From Scyliorhinus canicula (taxonomy: Eukaryota): DNA of 64,000 bases. Of this stretch, positions 12,115-24,170 are shown one piece after another (position 1 is the first letter of the stretch; the number at the start of each line of letters is the position of its first letter). The stretch is from positions 372,001-436,000 of the forward strand of contig NW_024055479.1 of assembly GCF_902713615.1 (NCBI RefSeq). Direction: 5' to 3'. A program made the translations under genes and the position numbers. A model generated the notes under the pieces. The model worked only from the letters and a program-made list of their open reading frames with translations, searched no databases and had not been told where the DNA came from.

Positions 12115-12409
12115 CCATCCTCAATGTGTTGCTGCAGCTTCTGATGGTTCGGCTGAGGGGCCATGTCGCTTATTGCAAGAAGAGCCATTTCTTCCAAACT
12201 GATGTCTCAACTTGTAAAACCATCAGATATCAAACTTTAATGATAGATAAGTTATGTTTTGCTTGAAGTGGAAGTTAAATTGGGAAGGCGGGGCTTTCAT
12301 AAATAAGCTCATCCTTGCGAGAATTGATGATGCCCTGCTCACTTTGCTCTGCATCACGAATCAGCTGTCCAACCCACTGAGCTAAAGCGGAAGCCAAAAC
12401 GGTAAATGC

Positions 12410-12482
12410 CAAGCCAGCCAGGAGTTGAAGCTGGAATCTCCTGATTCGTGATCAGGTCTGCAATATATTGCGCCACTGGCGC
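12410..12482 (-). pseudogene. tRNA-Arg(ACG) pseudogene, inverted copy
   Basis: gcgccagtggcgcaatatattgcagacctgatc-acg-aatcaggagattccagcttcaactcctggctggcttg. Confidence 0.7.
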
Positions 12483-12494
12483 ATCACGCTACTT

Positions 12495-15400
12495 TCTCAT
12501 CAATTTGTTTTGTGAAATATTTACATTGTATTTTGAATTTGAAACAGAACTTTGCAGGAAAAACAAAATCAATACTGGAACAACAATAAAAAGAACTATA
12601 TACAGTCTGTCACCATTCGACTCAGCGCGAAGTCCTCCCCCCTCTCGCCAGTCTCCCCGGGTCCCCTCAGCCTCCCTTGTGCCCTCGCTGGTCGGTCTGG
12701 GGTTGTCTTCCCCCTTCTCCTCTCCTTCCCCCTTTCTTTTCACCCCCTTAGGCTTCGACCGTGTCTCTCCTGTGGCTGGGGGTTTGTCCCCTTTCCCCCC
12801 GTTGCCTCTTTTGTGCCTCTCCAGCTCTTCCTCCTCTACCCCCCCCCCCCCCCCACCCCACTTTCCACGGGGTGTGTCTTCCTACGGTTCCTCCTTGTCT
12901 TTTTTCTTTTTCTTCTCTCTTTTGAAAAAAAACTTTCCAGTTTCCCAATTACTCGTTTCTGACCTCAAACAGGTTTTGGAACAGACCAACAAATGGCCCC
13001 CATGCAGTCAGCAAGCCTTCCTCCGATCCTCGCATGGGGTATTTTATCTTCTCCAGGTGGAGAAATTCCGAGAGGTCAGCGGGCCGGCCTGCAGCTGAGG
13101 GTGGAGCTGCTGATCGCCAGCCGAGCCGGATTCTCTGGCGGCGATTAGGGAAGTGAAAGCAAGGGCGTCGGCCTTCTTTCTCATCTGTAGGTCTGGCTGC
13201 TCCGACACCCCGAAGATTGCCATCTGTGAGCACGGCTTCACCCTCACCGCTACAACATTACACTTTCCCTCGAAGAAGGCTTTCCAGATCCCAGCACATT
13301 TGACCACATGTGGTCTCCAGGGCCCACTGGTACCCTACTCTCTCCTTACTGAGAGAATGTTTCATCTGAAAGTGCCTCATTTCCCTGTCCTATCGGCAGT
13401 TCCCATTTCTGCGTCAGTTCGTTCATCGTCGTCTGGTTCCCTATGTAGAAATCACTGATTGTCAGAGTATCCCGGCCCTGTCTCCATTTCTTAAAGATGG
13501 TGTCTAGCATGGCCGAGGGAATCTGTGGTTACCGCCGATGGGGGCCATGGGGACAAGCCGAAGTGCTGTCTTAATTGGCGCCATGTTTTCAGTGTAGCCG
13601 CTACCACCGGGCTGGATGTATATTTTGTCGGGATGGTAGTGCTAGCGGAGCTCGGGCCCGGAGGACTCCTCCATCCACACCGACTCCGAATTGGTTTCGG
13701 GTATCCATCCCCTCACTCTGTCCGCCGTTACAGGCCAGTGCTAGTACCACAGAGTTGGGAGTGGCAGGCTACCCTTGATGTTCCTCCTTTACAGCGTTGG
13801 TTTGGGAACTCTCTGGTTCACCCCCCTCTCCCCCCCCCCCGCCCCCCCCCCCTCCCCCCCCCCCCCCCCCCCCCCCCGCCTTCCAAACAGCCACAAACGC
13901 CATATTTAAGGGATCCAGATTCTGGAAGAAGGCCTTGGGGATGAAGATCAGAATGGATCTGAACAGGAAGAGGAACCTCCGCAGCAAGTTCATTTTGATC
14001 GCCTGCACACTCCCCGCCAGGGAGAGAGGGGTGCGTCCCACCTCTGTAGGTCTTGTTCAGCTTCCTCCACCAGGCTGGTCAGGTTCCACTTGTGGATCTG
14101 TGTCCAGTTTCTGGCTATTTGGATCCCAGGTATCGGAATCAATTTTGGGCTATTTTAAACGGGAGCCCCTCCAGCCTGTCTCTTCCCCCATTTGTGTTCA
14201 CTGGGAATGCCTCACTGTTGCCCAGGTTGTGTTTATAACCAGAGAAGGTTATGTACTCTTTCAGTATCTGCATTATTGCCTATAGTGTTTCCTAAGGCTT
14301 TGAGACATAGAGGAGCAGGGTCATATAGATTAAGACGCTGTGCTCCCTGTCTCCTCTCTGGATGCCCTTCCAGCTTTTTGGTCCCGCAGGGCAATCGCCA
14401 AGGGTTTGATTGCTCGTGCAAACAGGAGCGGGGACAATGGGTATCCCTGCCTTGTGCCTCTTTGCAGCTTGGAGTATTCAGAGCTGGTGGTATTGGTTCA
14501 AACGCTCGCCTTAGTAGCGTTGAACAGGACTCTCACCCAGGCAGCGAAACCTGCACCGAGCCCAACCGTTCCAGTACCTCGAGGAGATAATTACATTCGA
14601 CTCTGTCGAAGGCCTTTTCTGCATCCAGGGAGACGATCACCTCTGGTGTTCTCTCATCAGGGATGGGGGCGGTCATTATTACATTCAATAGCCGGCTGAT
14701 GTTCGCAGTGAGTTGCCTACCTTTGACAAAGCCCGTTGGTGCCTCTGCGACCACCTGTGGTACACAACTCTCCAGCGTTTTGGCCAGGTCCTTTGTGAGT
14801 ATTTTCGCGCGCGTCCGCATTTAACAGTGAATTGGGTCTATATGAACCACAATCAGTCGGGTCTTTGTCTTTTTTGGGGATCAATGAACTTGTGACCAGC
14901 GCTAGTTGTATTCGGCAGAGTGCCCCTTGCCAGTGAGTCCGCAAACATGTCTCTTAGCTGTGGGGCCAGGACAGGTGCGAAGTTTTTATAGACGTCTGCC
15001 TGGAACCCATCAGGTCCCAGCGCCTTCCCCGCCAGCTGATGCTCTCCATGATTTCTCCCAGATCTATTGGTGTGTCCAGCTCCCCCCCCCCCCCCCCCCC
15101 CCCCCCCGTCTGTTCTCCCCAACTGGCATTTCCAGTCCGTCGAGTAACTGTCCGTCAGGGGAGATCGAGGGTGCACAGTCCGCGGTAGAAGATACTCGCT
15201 TGACCACTTTTTGTTCTGCTACCAGTCTGCCTCTGCTATCCTTTACCTACTTCCCTCGTGGCTGCCTGCTTCCTCGGCTGGTGAGCCAGTATGCGGCAAG
15301 CCTTATCCCCATGTTCACAGAACGTCCCCCGTGTCTGGCGGAGTTGGTACACTGCTTTCCTAGTGGAGACCAGGTTAAAATTTGTAGCTTTTTCCTCTCT

Positions 15401-15560
15401 GCCCAACTCCACCAAAATGACCAGCAGCCTTTCTGGGATCAGAACAGAGTTCCCTCCACGGGATTTTCAAAACCATTTAAAACAACTGACCGTGCCTTCA
15501 TCTGCTGCTGGACTGGATTTCCCTGCAGTTCAATCTGGCTGTGCAAAGAGAAAGGTTTTT
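12495..15560 (-). mobile_element. L1-clade LINE, fragmented ORF2 and 3' end
   Basis: Minus-strand motifs GKALGPDGF, GFVKGRQL, SLDAEKAFDRVE, RGTRQGYPLSPLLFA and the C-terminal ...RLGWRS...LEKIKY... There are many frameshifts. Confidence 0.85.
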
Positions 15561-16002
15561 ACTTTGAAGTGTTAGGCAGAATCCATCAGGTGAGAGGTCA
15601 CAGGTGTCACCCCCGAACTTCTGATCAAAGCAAAACTGAACTCAAGGTAAAGCCTCTTTGTCCTGCAGAACACTCCAGAACACTCAGCGCCAATAAACAT
15701 CGAGTACCAGCAAAGTATCAATGTACAACAGCTTATTGGCCATCAGCCAAGTCAATCATAGGAGTCATCACTGTGTCAGACCAAACAACACATCCTGCAG
15801 GATTTTCCTGTTTCTAAATTAAAGATAAAGTCTATCTTAAAGACATAGGTCCCATTAACAGTCCAGGTACAAAAATTGAACGAGCAGAATAAATTAAATT
15901 AAAAAGAAGAATCAAGGGACAGACAGGAATTAACAGGAAGATCCTTAACATGGAGAGGACCAGTTGATTTGAGTCCTCAACTAAAGGTTATTGGCCCACA
16001 GC

Positions 16003-16010
16003 TGACGTCA
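16003..16010 (+). promoter_or_regulatory. CRE (TGACGTCA) upstream of a V leader
   Basis: Exact palindrome about 200 bp 5' of the ATG at 16213. CREs are known in TCR V promoters. Confidence 0.5.
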
Positions 16011-16212
16011 TGCCTGGGCGACTAGCCGATCACAGCACAGAAGAACATCCCTCGCTTTCCCAATGAGTGAAAACTGCCTCTGATCTGTGTTTACTCTTTG
16101 CCTCTGATCTGAGTTTTCTCTTTGCCTCTGATCTGAGTTTACTCTGTGATATGAGAATAGAAGCAGCAACATATTTCAAACAGTGTCACTGTTTACTGTC
16201 CAATCAGGAACC

Positions 16213-16560
16213 ATGTGCTCCCTGTGTGCTTTACTGATAATCATGGTCTTGCTGCCCGGTGAGTCTGAGCTCAAATCCTCAGTGTGTGTTTCATGGGTTA
16301 TATTTACTCACAGATTTCGCACACATTATATATCTTGTTACAGGAACCAGTGGCCAAAAATCAGTTTCCCAGGAGCTGCAGGAATTACTGGTTCAGGAAG
16401 GACAGCTAACAACATTGAATTTTAATACACAACAAACTACACTGTGTCAACTCTCTTCTGGTACATCCAGTATCGCGGGGAGTCTCAGAGATATTTATTG
16501 AGGTGGCACAGCAGGTGGCAGGGGCATAGGTCTCCAGATTGAGGTTCACCTGTGCACTAT
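16213..16560 (+). pseudogene. TCR V pseudogene (family B), 3'-truncated
   Basis: Leader MCSLCALLIIMVLLP-G|gtgagt (16213-16258). Exon from 16344 reads GTSGQKSVSQ..., is frameshifted before LFWYIQY, and has no YxC or RSS. Confidence 0.8.
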
Positions 16561-16734
16561 TAGGGATGGACCAATCGGGATTGCGGCCTGATGTCACTCA
16601 GCATTTTCCCAAAGCGACTGAAACAATTCATTTCCAACTCACCGTGTTCAAATTCACAATCAGCTCTGCAGTAATGTTGGACGTTGCTGCTTTCTCATTC
16701 GGGAATGCTCATTGATGCGGTTTCGGAAAGCGGC

Positions 16735-17225
16735 AGGAAAGGTCTAGTCGCCACATTTTAGGAAGGATGTGATTGCACTGGAGGGGGTACAGAGCCGATT
16801 CACTAGAATGTTACCTGGGTGCAACATTTAAGTTATGAAGAAAGGTTTGATAGACTTGGAATGTTTTCGATGGAGCAGAGAAGACTGAGGGGTGACCTGA
16901 TCGAGGTGCACATAGACACGCCCTTAGTTGAAGGGTCACTTACGAGGGGACACACGTTCAAGGTGAGGGACAGGACGTTCGGGGGGATTTGAGGAAAATC
17001 ATTTTCACCCAGAAGGTGGCATCAGTCTGGAATGGACTACCTGGGAGGTTGGTAGAGGCGGATTGCCTCACATCCTTTAAAAAGTACCTAGATGAGCACT
17101 TGGTACGTCATAACATTCAAACCTACGGGCCAAGTGCTGGCAAATGGGATTCGGTAGAGAGGTCAGATTTCTTTCATGCGTTGGCGCAGACTCTATGGGC
17201 TGAAGGGCCTCGTCTGCACTGTATT
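16735..17225 (+). mobile_element. CR1 LINE 3' fragment
   Basis: aggaaggatgtgattgcactggag...ttttcacccagaaggtgg, homologous to 44420-44930. Confidence 0.8.
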
Positions 17226-17355
17226 ATGCCGTGAGTCTGTGGCGGATGGATTGGTGAATAGACATGTAGATTGTTTTATACTGCTTTGTACTCAAGCATT
17301 TCATTGAATCATCCCTGTGTGTACGGTTACTTTAATTCTACCCTTGTTTTAGCAG

Positions 17356-17681
17356 CTGTTCTTTGTTACTCGGGGCACTTGAGATATCGATGGGCCCGAC
17401 CAACCGATGGGCAAGGACAGACCATTTCGATTCATCACAATGCTACATGCCCAACAAAGGACTTTGTATCCTGGTCCCAGCAGTTATTTAATCAGGCTCC
17501 CGATTATCTGATCTTCACAGTCATGGATGGAAGAGTTGAAGGAATGTTTAAAGTAACTGTGGACCGCGAGAAAAGTTCCATCGCTCAAACTGTTAATACG
17601 GTTGAGGTGTCAGACACTGCGGTGCATTAGAATAACGTGAGACACTGGGAATCAAAGACACGAGGAGCCTGTAGAATAATT
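17356..17681 (+). pseudogene. TCR V pseudogene (same family as 1938-2216) with RSS
   Basis: ...VSWSQQ...MFKVTVDREKSS...SDTAVH* (YYC lost). RSS is cactggg, 23 nt, agaataatt. Confidence 0.8.
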
Positions 17682-18162
17682 CACTCGACATGGGGACTGT
17701 GGGGGACAACCAGTCAATGGGCATTAGAAGTGAGTGTGATACAACAAAATTGTTCTTAAAATGTTCTTCATCGAGAAAGCTATGAAATTAAAGAATCTAA
17801 TTTGTTATTGATAATAATGTAATTTGCAGGTTCACCTTCAGTAGAAAAAATAAATAACTCACCTTGAAGCTTTGGCTTATTGAACTTTGATTGACATCTT
17901 ACTGAATGTTCAGCAGCTTGTAAGCCTTCCAGTCTTTGTAAATTGACAATCCAAATTTAGCAATTGTGGATTCAGCAAAATGCATCTATTTATACAAATG
18001 AACATGTGCTGTGCAAATGTGGGAATAGCAAAACAATCAAAAAGGTCACCGATAATAACCCCAATTCAACCAAACCTATAATAATCTGACATAATGACAA
18101 TCTAGCAATACAATCCAGCAGTATTCCGGAATAAATCGAGAATTGCTGTTTCACAGACGGAA

Positions 18163-18179
18163 TGCCAGTAGATGGCGCT
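18163..18179 (+). promoter_or_regulatory. CTCF-like motif
   Basis: tgccagtagatggcgct matches the CCASYAGRKGGCRS core. Confidence 0.55.
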
Positions 18180-19988
18180 CCAAGACTTTGTTTTTGACGG
18201 AAACCTGTTCAGGCGTCAGGTCACCGCTGTTGCAGCTGACAGCTGAGAATTCGGGGCCAGAAGTTTGGCGCCGTTATTCTTGGTTGCAACGATTATGTAT
18301 TTAGGGCAAGAGTCTCTCTCTCTAAATTCCGGATTCCATAGCACAGAATGAAGTCTTCTGGCGAAGTGATAATGACCGTACCTCTGGTTCAGAATCTCTC
18401 AGTTAAAGTCCTATATCAGGCCATGATGGCTGTAGAAGGCACATTCCAAACGTGATCAAACAGGTTGATTATCCGCTTGTAAATACTTCCAACAAACCTG
18501 CTGGCAGGCGATATGTGCAGGAGAGATTCGTGGTCAGCCATATTGCAGAATGCAACGGCAAACTACCGCAGCACTTTGTCAAGCTTAATCATGCCCGATC
18601 CAATGAAAGATTCTGATCCCCAACACCCTTCAAGAGTGATAAAGCAAATTATTGTAATATCACAGGGAAGTCCGAATAACAGGTTTAGCACAATGTTTCC
18701 AATCGATATCATTCCTTACTGTTTCATAGAGAGAAAGGGTTTTCATCTGTCCATTATTTCGCTCCCGAAAGTTCTCGTTCGTCTTTGCTACAAGGTCAAA
18801 TTAAACGGAAGATAGCTGGACTCACAAATCCTTTTCTCCACGGTACGTTTATCGTTTCCGGCCGAGAATTAAACATTCCCACTGCCGTCTGTGTCAATAA
18901 TATTTATAATATTTCCAACATCACAATAGCGACTTCATTGGAAACTTACTCCCTGAGGTTACCATGGCACCCGGGGTCAGTAAAACACCCTGCATCAACA
19001 CGAATTGATTTTCTCTTAGCGACCGATATTGGATTCCTGGGGTTAAGTCTACTGTCCGCCCATTGTTTTTTTTAAAAATTTCCTTCTTTATTTCAAAATG
19101 TTTCTTACCCGGCTTCGGTTGATAAGTGATCACCAACTCTTGTGATTTCACGGATTTTCTCTCCAGTGTGCTCATCACTTTCCGCTCCACAGGACACTGG
19201 CAATGTGCCTGGAACAAATATTCGGGCAGTTTTTTCGGTGACCCTGACGGAAATTGACCTTCTATTAAGGGCGAGCCAATGGCTGAGAGACTGATGCCCC
19301 ATCTGTCAGTCAGCGCCCTGATCAACTGCATAAACACATATCGACCTGCACGTCCTTTCATACTGTATGTTAATTAACTGAAATGTACAGATACCTAATA
19401 ATTAACAGCTCTGAAAATATTATTTAACAGACGAATATCAACCCATTACATCCGAATTTAGAGTTTGGGCGTTCCAGCTCCTTTCTAGAGTCATGACCCT
19501 CAGGATCAATGGTGATACCCCAGTGCAGTCCTCGGGGAATGGTGAACTGTCAGGGAGCCCGGCTTTCAGCTGAGATGTGAATTCGATTATATTGTCCTCT
19601 CTGTCAGGTAGGCGGGACAATCCTGGAGAGTAGCTATCCACCATTCACCGTCACTGAAACGACAGACATCACTGTTTGAAGGATCATGCGGGGAGTCAAT
19701 GGGCTGCTTAGTTTTCTTCATTACATTAGAACACTGTCTATGAAACAACTGGGAACATCACAAATGTCCTTTATTAATACTGTATTTTACTTCACTAAGC
19801 TGTCCACCTGAGTAGATATGATGTTATTTGTAAATATATTTATATATATAAAATATTATATATATATTTATATAAATATATATACATATATAGAAATTAC
19901 AAGGTAACGGAAATTTAAGATTCAGTTCAGACTCGCCACTGATCAAAGTGTTTCCCTAACACACAGTTATCTTGATCGCCGCTCTGAC

Positions 19989-20027
19989 AGTTTTTGTACA
20001 GGTTCAGCCCAGCTGTGTGTGTCTGTG
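19989..20027 (-). other. 23-RSS with variant heptamer
   Basis: cacagac, 23-nt spacer, acaaaaact. Confidence 0.8.
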
Positions 20028-20331
20028 GGTCTCAGTGCGCAGAAATACACCGCGGAGTCTGTCAGCTCCGTTTTCGACACTTTCAGGGGGACGGTGCTCT
20101 TCACATGATCAAACTCCGCTGAAAAACGGTCACCCAAAGATTTCTCTGCGTTCTCGCTGTATCTGTTTCTCTGCAGCAGAAACTCAATGGACCCGCTGGG
20201 ATACTGACGGTACCAGAATAGGCCAGGGTTGTTGCTTGTAGATGTGTAATTACAGAAGAACTGAACATCACCTCCTTCACTCACAGTGACTGAACCCGGT
20301 GTCTGTGTAACAGAGTCTCCTCGACAATGTC
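20028..20331 (-). CDS. TCR alpha/delta-type V exon, open; leader uncertain
   Basis: Acceptor ctctcacag at 20332. GDSVTQTPGSVTVSEGGDVQFFC...LFWYRQYP...DSAVYFCALRP, with all hallmark residues. Confidence 0.9.
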
Positions 20332-21155
20332 CTGTGAGAGCCCAGAGATGTAGTAAATTACACAATGTTCACGTCACTCTGTCTATCACCCAGAAACTGC
20401 CTGTCACCCCCAGTAGTTAAATGAGAAATTAATCAGGACATTTAAACAGAAATACATTTCCCACAGCCGAGCGACTGTAACAGGAAGGTGGTCGAATCGA
20501 TTCAGTGAAACATATTTTACTTAGCATCTTGGATCTTCCAATGAGATCAGTTTGTCCCTTTTCCTATATTCTGAATGAAAAACTGAAAATAGTCGATGTG
20601 TTCAGAAGATTCGTGTTTGTTAACGTCCCTCACTCGCCCTAGTGTGTTCTGGATTCCCAATTTAAATCTACCGCGTTCATTCCCTCGAGGAAGTTGATCA
20701 ACCTCCGTGTTTGGAGAAGGTGAACATTGGATTCCTCCCAGCACCCCCACCGCGTTGAGTAAACAATGCGATTAAATGCAGTGCCTGCCAAAGGTGTAAA
20801 ATTCAGAACTTGTGACCCTACCTGTTAAAAGAGCTGCCGCTGTGAGGAATAAACACAAATGCATGTTTGCAGAGAGCTCGCGGCGGATTTGAGAGAACTG
20901 GTTGAAGCTAATATGTTTTAGTCAATATTTGTACCTGCCGATTGGTTCGTTGCTGAGAGCATCATCGGTGGCATCCAATCACTTAAATCCGCTCTATTGT
21001 TTAATCCAACCAATGAGCTCACAGCTCATTTGACCGCGAACACAGTGGAACAAAGTAAATTTGTTATCCTCAACTCAGGGACAGCGATCAGAGCCAATAT
21101 TAGTTCAATCTGTAATGCAGGGACAGGTGAACAATTTATGTTTATAGTAATAATA

Positions 21156-21525
21156 AAAATCGCTTATTGTCACAAGGATGAAGGAGCAGTGCTCCGAAAG
21201 GACCTGGTGTTGTAAGACTTTTTACTGCACAAGGCTAAATAGCTGGCTTTTAAAGCAGACCATGGCAGGCCAGCAGCGTGTGTTCAGTTCCTGTACCAGC
21301 CTCCCCGAACAGGCGCCGGAATGGGGTGCCCAGGGGCTTTTCACAATAACTTCATTTGAAGCCTGTTTGTGACAATAAGCGATTTTCTTTTCATTTTAAG
21401 TATGAAGTTACTGTGGAAAGCCCCTCGTCGCCACATTCCGGTGCCTGTACGGGTAAGCTTCGTTCTGCATCACAAACCAGCTGTCGAGCTCACTGAGCTA
21501 AACCCGCCCTTTAATAGTATGAGTA
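21156..21525. mobile_element. Mosaic of SINE family 2 fragments with a 50-bp Penelope fragment
   Basis: SINE tail (-), Penelope piece 21178-21227 between cacaagg duplicates, SINE (+) 21228-21400, SINE (-) 21402-21525. Confidence 0.7.
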
Positions 21526-21792
21526 TTAGTTCTGGAGACCACAATGAAGGACGCTCTGACAATGAGACGAAAGCCGACACAGGTGGCTAGTAGGTGCTGA
21601 TGGATTGGCAGAAAATAGACGAACGCCACATTTTATTTCTATTTAATGATTGAGGGTGGGGGTATCTCTTTGATGTATTTGAACAGAATAGGGCGTGGAC
21701 AACACAGGGCTCAGTGAATTTGAGGTGAGTTTGTTAGTACAAATATTTTGCAACATCTTTAATTTTAACAATAACGTATTCCCACAATAGAA

Positions 21793-22092
21793 TCACATCG
21801 AACTCCTACAGTGCAGAAGGAGGCAATTCGGACAAACGAGTCTGCACCGACCCTCTGAAAGAGCGCCCAACGTATCCCCAATTACCCTTCCTAACCTTTT
21901 GGACACTAAGGAACAATTTAGCATGGCCAATCCTGACTTGCACATCTTTAGACTGTGGGAGGAAACCGGAGCACCCGGATGAAACTCACGGGGCGAAAGT
22001 GAAAACTCCACACAGATAGTCACCCTAGTCTGGAATCGAACGCGGGTCCCTGGCGCTGTGAGGCAGAAGTGCTAACCACTGTGCCACGCTGT
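21793..22092 (-). mobile_element. HE1/V-SINE-like SINE
   Basis: Full head, V-domain and tail on the minus strand. Confidence 0.85.
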
Positions 22093-23169
22093 GTTATCGT
22101 AGTAACTTATTAGTTATCCAACTAAATCACATTCTTCTATTGAAAATTGAAGTACTTAAAACTTTGAGTAAATTTACCTGTCAAGTCTCCTTCAACACCT
22201 TGTTACGATCCGGCGATCTCTCCGATCGAGAAGGTTAAGTACAGTAGATACATAGGAATACCAGAATCTTCAAGTTTCACTTCAAGTCACGCACCATTCT
22301 GACTTTGAAATATATCACAGTTTCTTTACATCTAAATTCAGGAATCCAGTTTACGAATTTTTTCTTTACGACATCGTGCAGAGGACAGAAAATTAGAATT
22401 GTAAATGAAAGAACGTGAAACATAACAAAAGCGAAATACACATGCCCGAGAATGACATAAAGAAAGAGGTTCTAAAATAATCCAGAATGCATTTTCCTTT
22501 CGTCTCACTGATATTTGATCCTATTTATGTAATTGAATTGTTTGAAACAGAGCTCTCAATAAAATGCCCCTGGAAACTGCGCATTAACGAACTTATAATT
22601 TATCGATGATGCAGACATTATGCAATTCACTGGATCACCGTCAGAGGGCGCAGTTGTCACATGTTTCTCGCTGTTCCAATTGGAAATGATTGAGACAATC
22701 ATTATCGGACCATTGCTCTTAGCAGTGACGGGGGTGGGGGGTCGGCACTGACGTCATTGTATATTTTTCACATTGGTATCGGACTGAATGTCAATCCTTT
22801 CCGTTTATGTCTCACAATGAAACCAGAGTGACCAGATATCCATTTGGACGGCGCAGTAAATACAAGATGGATGAGAGAGGAAATAAAATAGGAAAAAAAT
22901 GTACAAAAATATTCAGTGATTCTTGTGACAATATATATATTGTAAAGTAAATGAAGGGCTAACAATTTAATGTGAATGCATCCAACCACCAGATGGTGAT
23001 CAAGAGCATCCACGTGAATCACGTGATACAATTGGTTCTGCAAGTAGGTGATTAGGCGGGACAGAGCGTAGTCTTGTTTTCAGAAGCTCTGTAGGTGGAA
23101 TCGTAGTTTTAGTTTATCTGTAGTATTTATATCTTAGTAATCAATTCGAATCTATTTCGTTAATAAATA

Positions 23170-23488
23170 GGGCAGCACGGTAGCACAAGTGGATAGTACT
23201 GTGACATCACAGCGCCAGGGTCCCAGGTTCGATTCCCCGCTGGGTCATTGTCTGTGCGGAGTCTGCACATTCTCCCCGTGTCTGCGTGGGTTTCCTCCAG
23301 GTGCTCCAGTTTCCTTCCAAAGACGTGCACGTTAGGTGGATTGGCCATGCTAAATTGCCCTTAGTGTCCAAAAAGGTTAGGAGGGGTTATTGGGTTAGGG
23401 GGATAGGGTGGAAGTGAGAGCTTAAGTGGGTTGGTGCACACTCGATGGGCCAAACGGTCTCCTTCTGCACTGTATGTTCTATGGTCTA
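23170..23488 (+). mobile_element. HE1/V-SINE-like SINE
   Basis: gggcagcacggtagcac...ggttcgattcc...tatgttctatggtct. Confidence 0.9.
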
Positions 23489-23949
23489 AATTAGCTTTGT
23501 TCAAAACATAACTTGATGCTCTTTGCGAGACACTACACTTCGAAGCCATCCTTCGAAGCCACAAAGCAAAGAACATCACAATTCTGAGACACTGAATGAA
23601 GGACAAACAATTACATTTTATGATCTTGGCCGTCGATGATCATTGGAGTCTGAAGTACGACATAGATTAAACCTTTCTGACCATTCACTCTCTCGCCACA
23701 GAGTAATTATTTAAGACATCATTGTTTTGAAACATACAGTCCCTGAATGGGACTTTGAATGACGTCTGGTGGCAACATCCAATGAGGTGAAAGGAAATTG
23801 GTGAGAATGTCAAACATCAGTCTTTCACTTCCGAACAGAAAGTAAAACTCACCTCTCTCCATCTCTTCCCACTATTGAGAGTCCTGGACTTGGCAGCAAT
23901 TCCTGGCCTGGAAATCAGACTCTGATTGATCTGCCCTTTGCCGACCTTC

Positions 23950-24170
23950 TTCATCATGAGCGGAAACCCCACAAAGAACTGTTTCCTGTTGGAGCCCTGA
24001 AGCTGTTAACATAGTGTCAGTTCATTTATATTAAAAGACGCTTCATTTTAAAAAGAGTTAAACAATACCGTGTTGTGGTTGAGTGATGTTATTTTGTTTA
24101 CAGCTGTTTAGTGTGAGGTTCAGTACTCTCAATCTGGGAAGGGGGGCATGTTGAACCGAATGTTGTTTCT
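23950..24170 (+). pseudogene. Truncated V pseudogene (paralog of 2686-3111)
   Basis: 23880-24010 is homologous to the reverse complement of 3050-3190. Acceptor ttgtttacag|ctgtttagtgtgagg, then truncated. Confidence 0.55.

Noticed and set aside
12448-14285. Pro/Gly/Ser-rich + strand ORFs
   Set aside because: They are antisense to the L1 and driven by C-runs.
15550-15810. Possible V remnant (-) with gtaaaaacc
   Set aside because: Multiple stops, no YxC and no heptamer.
18921-19690. 146-aa ORF with a QFPSGSP..PEYLF patch, and a V-like 3' end at 19480-19690
   Set aside because: Too degenerate to assign; no hallmark residues in register.
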